NCBI GenBank assembly: GCA_964451945.1
Contig: CAYVKQ010000004.1
Location: 1-24,400 of the forward strand
Length of the DNA stretch: 24,400 bases
From: an uncultured Lentisphaerales bacterium
GTDB lineage: Bacteria; Verrucomicrobiota; Kiritimatiellia; RFP12; JAAYNR01
Direction: 5' to 3'
This document shows positions 1-7,041 of the stretch, one piece after another. Numbering within the stretch: the first letter of the stretch is position 1; the number at the start of each line of letters is the position of its first letter. The notes below the pieces were generated by a model. The model worked only from the letters and a program-made list of their open reading frames with translations. It was not told the origin of the DNA and searched no databases. The translations under genes were made by a program, and so were the position numbers.

Positions 1-216
1 TGTGAAGAAAGGTTTTATGGTCATCAGTATCCCATTCCCGGTTGTGCGTGGCAAGATATTGTGGCCGCTTCAGCCCCCTGCTGCGCCACATCAGCGGCGC
101 CCCCGAAGTCCGCATCGGCAAAGGGATTCTCCGACTCGCCCTCTACGGCCGCGCGCTGCGCACCTGGGAGGCGGTGGCGCGCACCCTGAGCCGGACGGAC
201 TGCGGATGACAGGGCA

Positions 217-245
217 TTCACGGCGGCGGCGGGATGCGCTATACT
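217..245 (+). promoter_or_regulatory. Putative sigma70 promoter (TTCACG-17 bp-TATACT) for the first gene
   Basis: TTCACG at 217-222 and TATACT at 240-245 with a 17-bp spacer; an in-frame ATG lies at 254, just past the expected start site. Confidence 0.45.
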
Positions 246-253
246 GTCTTTTA

Positions 254-2278
254 ATGAACCGTACAGCATGGACCGGGCCCTGCGGCGAGGGATGGGAGGC
301 GATCGGCGCGTACAGTGCGCGGATCGAGGCGCCGTTCCGCACGCCCGAGACGCGTCAGGCGCTGGCGACGCTGGCGGCGGCCCGCGACTCCGCCTTCGCC
401 TCGTGCGGACGCCTCCGCCTGTTCAAGGTGGAAGGTCCGCACGGCGGGCGACCGCCCCTCTTGCTGGTGCAGCCGTTCGCCGCGGCGCGGCTGCAGGGAG
501 CATCCGCGCCGGCACCGCTGCGGGCGGTCGAGGCGGCGGCGCGGCTGCTCGGCCGCGCCGTCGGTGTGTCGCCGCCGGTCGCCTGCCTGCTCCACCCCGC
601 CGGAACGGGGCGCTGGGAGGGAATGGCTGTTTTCCAGGGCCATGCGGGACTGTTGCCGCTGCACGACTGGCTAGCCCGCCTGCTGGCGGAACAGAACGAC
701 TTCGGCGTGGTGCGGGCGTGGGCGCGCGCCGCCGGCGCGGCAATCAAGGACCTGCACGCGGCGGGCGTCTCCCACGGCAATCTCGACGGATGGAGCATCT
801 GGGCCGACACCCGCCGCGAGCCGGAGGAAGGAATCCGCTTTGCGGAGCTGGAACGGTGTGTCATTGGCGCTGCGCCCGCCCGCTGGCGGCGCCTGCGCGA
901 CTGGGCGGCGTTCGAGCTGCCGCCCCGGCTGCTGGACGAGGCGCTCGATGCAGGGATCGGAGCGGATGCGCCGTGGCTGCGCGCCTGGCGCGCCGCGCGC
1001 CGCCTGGAACGGCGGTTCCGCCCGCAGCGCAGCCCGCCGCCGTTGGACACGGTCCCGGCCTTTCTTTGGGACGCTGATCGCGACGTCGCCGTGGATCTGC
1101 AACGCGGTTTCGCCGCGGCGCGTCCGGCGGCGCGGACACCCCGCCCCCTGCGCCGCCGGTTGCGGAACGATGGCCGGCTGTTTGCCGCTTGCGAGCCGCT
1201 GGCGCACCGCCTGGCGGTGGGAGTGCGCGCGATCCCGGAGACCCTGACGCACGATGTGGGCATTCTAGGCGAACGGGGGATCCGCGACGTCTGGGTCCGT
1301 CTCTGCTGCCACGACACCGACGAGCGGCGCGCCCACGCGCTGGCCGCTATCCAGCATCTGGCGAAAGCGGGGTTCGGCGTCTCGGTGCTGCTGGTGCAGG
1401 ACCGGCGCGCGGTGGCGGAGCCTGAACGCTGGCCGCAGTTCATCAACCGCGCGCTCGGTCCGGTCGGATGGCAGGTACGCCGAGCGGTGTACGGCTATGC
1501 GCCCGACGAGGCGGCCTGGGGCATCCGTTCCCCTGCCGAGTACCGCCGGTTTCTGCAACCGTTGGCGGAGATGCGCGGCGCCTTTCCGGGAATCGAGTTT
1601 GCCGGCCCCGCCTGCGCGTGCGACAACCCGCGGTTTGTGGCGCGCAACGCCGAAGCCGTGGCCCGCGCCGGCGGTTGGGAGACGTGGGCCTGCCGGATGA
1701 CGGGCGAAGGATTCGGGGATGAACGGCTCTCCGACGGCGCCTGGCTGGCGCATCTGGTCCGTTTCTGCGACCGGACGCGCGCGTGTTCCGAATCGACGGG
1801 ACGGCCGGTGCTGGTGGTCGAGGCTGCGGAACGCACCGCGGATCCCGCTGAAGGAAAGGCCGGAGCCGCCATTGCGCTGCGGGTCCGGCGCAGCCTGCTG
1901 GCGGTCTGCTCCGGCTTGGTCGAGCAGGTTGTCCTCAGCCAGCCGGCGGGTGCCGACGATTGCCTGCACGCTTCTGCGCGCCAGTCGGTCTGGTCACTTT
2001 TCATGCGCCGTCTGGGAGTCAGCGGCCGCTTCGTGGAACGGGTGGAGACGGAAGGCGGCGACGACGCCTGGCTCCTCCGGTTCGAGGATGGCGACGGCGT
2101 GCCGGTCTGGCTCGGCTGGTGTGACGAAGAGACGCGCATCGTGACGGCGGGCATCGCCGTCGAACGGGCGTACGACCTGTTCGGCCGGGACGCGCCGCTG
2201 CTGCCGTCGCCACGGGTCAGGCTCACCCCCATGCCGGTCTATTTCGACGGGGCTGCGGCCGCGCCGCCGGAGCAGTGA
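254..2278 (+). CDS. Degenerate Kdo/InaA lipopolysaccharide-kinase-like domain fused to a C-terminal glycoside-hydrolase-like (TIM-barrel) domain
   Basis: The frame is open from 2. Start 254 was chosen from the upstream promoter motif (203 is an alternative). The N-half shows the kinase-like pattern GAAIKDLHAAGVSHGNLDGWSI...IRFAELE. The C-half (VWVRLCCHD, VSVLLVQDR, FAGPA, VLVVE, PVWLGW...PMPVYF) resembles clan GH-A barrels with a beta-sandwich tail. The product is assigned by motif recognition only. Confidence 0.55.
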   Translation: MNRTAWTGPCGEGWEAIGAYSARIEAPFRTPETRQALATLAAARDSAFASCGRLRLFKVEGPHGGRPPLLLVQPFAAARLQGASAPAPLRAVEAAARLLGRAVGVSPPVACLLHPAGTGRWEGMAVFQGHAGLLPLHDWLARLLAEQNDFGVVRAWARAAGAAIKDLHAAGVSHGNLDGWSIWADTRREPEEGIRFAELERCVIGAAPARWRRLRDWAAFELPPRLLDEALDAGIGADAPWLRAWRAARRLERRFRPQRSPPPLDTVPAFLWDADRDVAVDLQRGFAAARPAARTPRPLRRRLRNDGRLFAACEPLAHRLAVGVRAIPETLTHDVGILGERGIRDVWVRLCCHDTDERRAHALAAIQHLAKAGFGVSVLLVQDRRAVAEPERWPQFINRALGPVGWQVRRAVYGYAPDEAAWGIRSPAEYRRFLQPLAEMRGAFPGIEFAGPACACDNPRFVARNAEAVARAGGWETWACRMTGEGFGDERLSDGAWLAHLVRFCDRTRACSESTGRPVLVVEAAERTADPAEGKAGAAIALRVRRSLLAVCSGLVEQVVLSQPAGADDCLHASARQSVWSLFMRRLGVSGRFVERVETEGGDDAWLLRFEDGDGVPVWLGWCDEETRIVTAGIAVERAYDLFGRDAPLLPSPRVRLTPMPVYFDGAAAAPPEQ

Positions 2279-2295
2279 ACGCGTCGCATACTGAA

Positions 2296-3693
2296 ATGAA
2301 CGAGCACGGATATTCAGACACGGTGGCTGCGGTGGCGACGGCGGCGGGACCGGCAGGGGTGGCGGTCGTGCGGATCTCGGGGCCGCGGGCGCTGGCGGTC
2401 GCCGACCGCATCGTCCGCTGCACCGGAACACCCCCTTCGCAGCGGCCGGCCGGAACCTTCTTCCATGCGCAATTCGCCGATCCGCGTTCGGGCGAAGTGG
2501 TCGACGACGGGCTGGTGCTGGTTTTCCGCGCACCCCGCAGCTACACCGGCGAGGACACGGTGGAACTGCAGGGCCACGGCGGCGGGATCGCCCCGCGCCA
2601 GGTGCTGCAGGCGGCGTTTCATGCCGGTGCCGCACCGGCGGGGCCGGGCGAGTTCACCAAGCGGGCTTTTTTGAGCGGCCGGATCGACCTGACGCAGGCC
2701 GAAGCGGTGCTCGACCTGATTCAGGCGCAAACCGAGCGGGCGGCGCACGCCGCGCGGGAGCAGGCGGCGGGGGGACTCGGGCGACGGACAGAGGCACTCT
2801 ACGGGCGGCTGACCGCCATCTGCGCCGACATCGAGGCGATGCTCGACTTCGAGGAGGGAGAGTTGCCGGAGCGTTTTCTGGAGGAACGCCGCAGCGCGCT
2901 CACCGCCGTCGCCGCCGACATGGAAGCGCTGATGGCGACCTGGAACGAGGGCCGCCTGCTGCGCGGCGGGCTGTTGACCGTCATCGCGGGGCGCGTCAAC
3001 GCGGGCAAATCGTCGCTCCTGAACGCCCTGTTGGGATGTCAGCGGGCGATCGTGTCGGCGGTTCCGGGAACGACCCGCGACACGATCGAGGAGGGCTACA
3101 GCCTCGACGGCATCCCCCTGCGCCTGACCGATACGGCGGGGATGCGTGAAACCCCGGGGGAAGTGGAGCAAGAGGGGATCGCCCGCGCCCGGAAGGCGTT
3201 GGAGGCTGCGGACGTGGTCCTGTACGTGATCGACGGCAGCGTCCCCCCCGAGGCTGTGGACCGCGGGACGCTGACCACGCTGCCGGCGCAACGGACGATC
3301 CTCGTGGTCAACAAGTCCGACCGTCCCGGTTATCTCGGTGTCGCGCGCATGGCCGAAGCCTTGCAGGCTCCGGCGGCGCTGGTCGCCGTCTCCTGCTGCG
3401 CCCGTGACGAGGGCGGCGTGGACGGGGTGGTGCGCGCGCTTGCGGCAAAGATCGCGGCGGCGGCGGGTCCGCAGCACGACGGAGTCGCGGTCGGCCAGCG
3501 CCATCTGGCCGAACTGAGGCACGCGCAGGCCTCCCTTCGGGATGGGGCGGCGCTGCTGCGGGACAGCGAGTCGCTGGTGCTGGCTGCCGCTCCGCTGCGG
3601 TTGGCGGCGGAGGCGCTGGGACGCATCACGGGACGTGTCTACAGCTTCGACCTGCTCGACACGGTCTTTTCGCGCTTCTGCGTCGGTAAGTGA
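2296..3693 (+). CDS. mnmE: tRNA modification GTPase MnmE (TrmE)
   Basis: DTVAAVATAAG N-terminus, GEFTKRAFLSGRIDLTQAE, G1 GRVNAGKSS, G2 GTTRD, G3 DTAG, G4 NKSD, and C-terminal FSRFCVGK. An alternative GTG start at 2275 overlaps the upstream stop. Confidence 0.98.
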   Translation: MNEHGYSDTVAAVATAAGPAGVAVVRISGPRALAVADRIVRCTGTPPSQRPAGTFFHAQFADPRSGEVVDDGLVLVFRAPRSYTGEDTVELQGHGGGIAPRQVLQAAFHAGAAPAGPGEFTKRAFLSGRIDLTQAEAVLDLIQAQTERAAHAAREQAAGGLGRRTEALYGRLTAICADIEAMLDFEEGELPERFLEERRSALTAVAADMEALMATWNEGRLLRGGLLTVIAGRVNAGKSSLLNALLGCQRAIVSAVPGTTRDTIEEGYSLDGIPLRLTDTAGMRETPGEVEQEGIARARKALEAADVVLYVIDGSVPPEAVDRGTLTTLPAQRTILVVNKSDRPGYLGVARMAEALQAPAALVAVSCCARDEGGVDGVVRALAAKIAAAAGPQHDGVAVGQRHLAELRHAQASLRDGAALLRDSESLVLAAAPLRLAAEALGRITGRVYSFDLLDTVFSRFCVGK

Positions 3694-3905
3694 TTGTAAA
3701 TGAGCATCTAGACGCATTTTCAGGCTTGTTCATAAGCCGTCAATAACCGGTAAACAGCGCGACGGCGCAACCGGCGCAACAACAACGGCAGACAAATTAT
3801 CGGCATTTGTAACCAATTGCCTTACAATGATTTACACACTACAAGCCGCTTCTTTATATCGATACATAAGGCGCGAGTCACGTTGTGAACACGCCGTGCC
3901 GGAGT

Positions 3906-3914
3906 TGTGCATAA
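3906..3914 (-). promoter_or_regulatory. DnaA box (TTATGCACA)
   Basis: tgtgcataa on + is TTATGCACA on -, a perfect match to TTWTNCACA. A one-mismatch box (ATTTACACA) lies at 3830-3838 within an AT-richer stretch. Confidence 0.5.
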
Positions 3915-3950
3915 CCCGTCCCGCCCTTCCACTGCTTGCAGGCAAAAGGA

Positions 3951-4241
3951 GTTAGGCGTTAGGCATTGCGTTAGGCGCTGGCAGACGGCGTTGGGCGTTG
4001 AACGTTGAACGTTCGGCGGCGGGCGTTCGCGCCCGATCTCCGCTCTCGCCGCCCGACGTCCTAAAAGAAGCAGTTCTCGATCCGTGATCAGGCGCGGTTG
4101 CGCGGTTGCGCCGCAGGAAACGGTTGGGTAACAAGACACGAGGACAACATCGAGACCTCAACGTTACCGCTCAACGACGAACGCTTGACGCCTACCATCT
4201 AGCTACCCAGCCCAGCGTCTAGCCCCTAAAGCGCCTAACGC
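3951..4241. repeat. Degenerate long inverted repeat built from heptamer units (GTTAGGC/GTTGAAC)
   Basis: The left arm 3951-4013 has gttaggc x3, gttgggc and gttgaac x2. The right arm 4158-4241 has complementary units. gcgttaggcgct (3968-3979) pairs perfectly with agcgcctaacgc (4230-4241), and aacgttga (4001-4008) with tcaacgtt (4158-4165). Confidence 0.6.
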
Positions 4242-4288
4242 CGGATCACGAACGGCCAGCAATTCTCATTATGACGCGGTTGGGCCCT

Positions 4289-4366
4289 CGGTATCGGGGT
4301 CGGTATCGGTATCGGGGTCGAAAAGCCTGTGTTTGGTCGATGCCGATACCGACCCAGACACCGATA
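4289..4366. repeat. REP-like imperfect palindrome of hexamer units (CGGTAT/CGGGGT x5 ... ATACCG-type x4)
   Basis: cggtat cggggt cggtat cggtat cggggt cga (4289-4321), then a 15-nt loop, then tcg atgccg ataccg acccag acaccg ata (4337-4366). Confidence 0.8.
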
Positions 4367-4426
4367 GGTACACCTCCACAATTAGTGCCTTACAAACCAA
4401 CAACAGCAATAAAGAACAAGTTCTTG

Positions 4427-4501
4427 CACCACGAAGGCACGAAGAGCACGAAGTTTTTTAATGACTCGCTCCTTCTTCGTGTCCTTCGTGACTTCGTGGT
4501 G
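4427..4501. repeat. REP-like palindrome (CACGAAG x3 / CTTCGTG x3)
   Basis: caccacgaaggcacgaagagcacgaag (4427-4453) is the reverse complement of 4475-4501 with 3 differences in 27 bp; the loop is 21 nt. Confidence 0.88.
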
Positions 4502-4591
4502 AGAATTTCGGGTTGCGGGCGCGGCCCGCGTTAGAATTGCTGCACGGACGGCGCTGGACGAAAACACCCGCAGCACGTTACCATACCGGCA

Positions 4592-6691
4592 ATGACGAAT
4601 CCTTCTGACAAGAATACTTCCGGATGGGACGTGATCGTCGTCGGCGCCGGCCATGCCGGTTGCGAAGCGGCGTTGGCGGCGGCCCGTCTCGGCTGCCGCA
4701 CCCTGCTGATCACCGCGACCCCCGGCGCCGTCGCCCGCATGCCCTGCAACCCCTCCATCGGCGGCCTGGCGAAATCGCACCTCGTTTACGAGATCGACGC
4801 CCTGGGCGGCGAGACCGGCTTCGCCGCGGACTGCGCCGGACTCCAATTCCGCACCTTGAACGCCAGCCGCGGCCCCGCCGTACGCGCCACCCGCGTCCAA
4901 TGCGACAAGCTCGGCTACGCGGCACGGCTGCGGGCGGTCGTCTTGGCCACACCTAATCTCGAACTTGTCGAGGGCGAGGAAGTTACCGGGATCTCCCTTG
5001 CGGGAACGTCTCCGGAACGGGTGCTCGGGGTGCGCACAAAACGGAGCGGCGACCTCGCGGCCCGTTGTGTGGTCGTGACCGCCGGCACGGCGCTGGGCGG
5101 GACAATCCACATCGGAAAAGAGGTGGTGCCGGGCGGTGGCGACGGTCGGGCGGCGGCTCACGCCCTCTCGCAGAGCCTGCGCGAGGCGGGGTTCGATCTC
5201 ATGCGCCTGAAGACCGGCACCCCGCCGCGGCTCGATCCCGCCTCCATCGATTACGAGCGCACACAAATCCAGCGGGGCGACGAGCCGCCGCCGCTCTTTT
5301 CCTGGCGCGGAAAGCGCTTGTTTGCCAAACACCACTCCTCCGGGGCCGGGGGCGACGTGGCGGTTGGCGACCAGGAGCAAGGGCAAGGCGTGGCACCCGG
5401 GGTGGTAGCAGGAGCCACCGGCATCATGTTCCACGTGGAACATCGGGGTCAGGCGGCACACTGTCTTGCGGATGGATCGCCCCCTGTCGCGTCCGCGCCG
5501 AGCTCACGCGCGGATCCACCCCCTATGTCGGAGTGTTCCACGTGGAACATTCCGCCGCCGAGCACGGTTGGGACAGTATTGGGCGGCGCCGCGCAGGTTC
5601 CGTGCTGGCTGACACACACGACGCCAGCCTGTCACCGCGTCATCCGCGACAATCTGGCGAACAGCTCCCTGTACGGGGGCGGCATCACGGGCACCGGGGT
5701 CCGGTATTGTCCATCGATCGAGGATAAGATCGTCAAATTCGGCGAAAAGGACCAGCATCACGTCTTTCTGGAGCCAGAGGGACGGGGCCCGAACGCCCTG
5801 ATCTATCCCAACGGCCTCTCGAACAGCCTTCCACGCAGTGTCCAGGAGGAGATGGTGCGGCTGGTTCCCGGTCTGGAACGGGCCCGCTTTCTGGCCTATG
5901 CCTACGCCATCGAGTATGACTGCATCGACGCCCGCGAGCTGAACCACACGCTGGCGAGCAAGCGGATCGAGGGCCTCTATCTCGCGGGGCAGGTCAACGG
6001 CACGACCGGCTATGAGGAGGCGGCGGCTCAGGGTTTCGTCGCCGGCGTGAACGCCGCCTTGCGTATCCGCGGCGAGGAACCGCTGCTTTTGAGCCGTCAA
6101 GAGTCCTATATCGGTGTCTTGATCGATGACTTGGTGACAAAGGGAACCGACGAGCCCTACCGCATGTTCACTTCGCGTGCCGAGCGGCGTCTCTTGCTGC
6201 GCCAGGACAATGCCCGCTTCCGGATGCTGGCGCACGCACGGCGGCTGAATCTCGCCCCTGCCGCTTTTCTGGAGGAAAGCGAGCGCCTGGTTCATGTGAT
6301 CGGGCGCGAGCGCGAGCGGCTCGCTGCGGTTCGCCTGCCCGACGGCACGCCCCTGGCGCGTCATCTGGCGCGCCCGGAGGTCCGCTACCGCGATGTCGCC
6401 GACGATTTGCACCCCTTGTCACCCGAGGCGGCGGAGCAGGTCGAACTGGAGATCAAATACCAAGGGTACATTGAGCAGGAGCGGCGCCAGGCGGAGCGGG
6501 CGGCGCAGATGGAGGGAGAGGGCATCCCGGCGTGGCTGGACTATTGGATGATTCCGTCCCTCCGCTATGAATGCCGCGAAAAACTCGCCCGGGTCCGACC
6601 GGTCAACATCGGGCAAGCGGGGCGCGTCCCGGGAGTCACACCCGCCGACCTCGCGGTGTTGGCGGTGGTCATCAAGCGCGGCCGCTGTTGA
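4592..6691 (+). CDS. mnmG: tRNA uridine-5-carboxymethylaminomethyl(34) synthesis enzyme MnmG (GidA), with an internal ~85-aa insertion
   Basis: [18 protein letters not shown] motif, [55 protein letters not shown] and IKYQGYI are all hallmark MnmG motifs. Confidence 0.98.
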   Translation: MTNPSDKNTSGWDVIVVGAGHAGCEAALAAARLGCRTLLITATPGAVARMPCNPSIGGLAKSHLVYEIDALGGETGFAADCAGLQFRTLNASRGPAVRATRVQCDKLGYAARLRAVVLATPNLELVEGEEVTGISLAGTSPERVLGVRTKRSGDLAARCVVVTAGTALGGTIHIGKEVVPGGGDGRAAAHALSQSLREAGFDLMRLKTGTPPRLDPASIDYERTQIQRGDEPPPLFSWRGKRLFAKHHSSGAGGDVAVGDQEQGQGVAPGVVAGATGIMFHVEHRGQAAHCLADGSPPVASAPSSRADPPPMSECSTWNIPPPSTVGTVLGGAAQVPCWLTHTTPACHRVIRDNLANSSLYGGGITGTGVRYCPSIEDKIVKFGEKDQHHVFLEPEGRGPNALIYPNGLSNSLPRSVQEEMVRLVPGLERARFLAYAYAIEYDCIDARELNHTLASKRIEGLYLAGQVNGTTGYEEAAAQGFVAGVNAALRIRGEEPLLLSRQESYIGVLIDDLVTKGTDEPYRMFTSRAERRLLLRQDNARFRMLAHARRLNLAPAAFLEESERLVHVIGRERERLAAVRLPDGTPLARHLARPEVRYRDVADDLHPLSPEAAEQVELEIKYQGYIEQERRQAERAAQMEGEGIPAWLDYWMIPSLRYECREKLARVRPVNIGQAGRVPGVTPADLAVLAVVIKRGRC
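5427..5442. other. parS centromere-like site (inside mnmG)
   Basis: TGTTCCACGTGGAACA is a perfect palindrome matching the canonical parS consensus TGTTNCACGTGAAACA; it extends to an 18-bp palindrome at 5426-5443. Confidence 0.88.
5534..5549. other. parS centromere-like site (inside mnmG)
   Basis: A second identical TGTTCCACGTGGAACA, 107 bp downstream of the first and in a different reading frame. Confidence 0.88.
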
Positions 6692-6802
6692 TTCTGTCAA
6701 GCGAGTTCACTATTAGTCTATTATGCGACGTTCTTGGAATTTCAACCGGGAGCGCCGACGGGACGGGAGGATACGGGCGGACGCACCTGCGGCGCGCAGG
6801 CG

Positions 6803-6840
6803 CCGGTGCCCGAACGCGCACCGGAACAGGTTGATTTTTT
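6803..6840 (+). terminator. Possible intrinsic terminator after mnmG
   Basis: Stem ccggtgc (6803-6809)/gcaccgg (6818-6824) with a T run at 6834-6840. The T run is offset from the stem, so support is weak. Confidence 0.25.
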
Positions 6841-6866
6841 CGGTCGTATTCACGCAATGGTTCCAC

Positions 6867-6872
6867 TATAAT
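6867..6872 (+). promoter_or_regulatory. Putative -10 element for the TPR/ExbBD operon
   Basis: Perfect TATAAT in the AT-richer spacer 170 bp upstream of the first operon gene; no convincing -35 element. Confidence 0.35.
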
Positions 6873-7041
6873 GAACACTCTCTTTTTTTGCGGAGACGTT
6901 TTTTCGTGTGATCCGGCGGACGAAATCCTGGTGATCGCGGCGGCGGGCATGTTTTCTGCTGTGTTGATTTATTCAGGCATCACGCACGGGGGGTGCGGTT
7001 TTGGGGAACGACGAATGGTCTGCGGGTTAAAAAAACCAGGG

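Noticed and set aside
1-24. Possible start of a divergent minus-strand gene (MTIKPFFT...) running off the left edge
   Set aside because: Only 8 codons are visible, which is not enough to support a call.
3951-4501. Spacer repeats as a CRISPR array
   Set aside because: The units are 6-9 bp tandem repeats arranged as inverted arms, with no repeat-spacer periodicity and no cas genes in the window.
5306-5593. mnmG insertion as an intein or intron
   Set aside because: It has no intein N-terminal block, no His-Asn terminus and no intron-like features. It is low-complexity and better explained by the parS sites.
6871-7041. N-terminal extension of the first TPR gene from ATG 6871
   Set aside because: It is AT-richer, overlaps the TATAAT element and would bury the signal peptide that begins at 7042.
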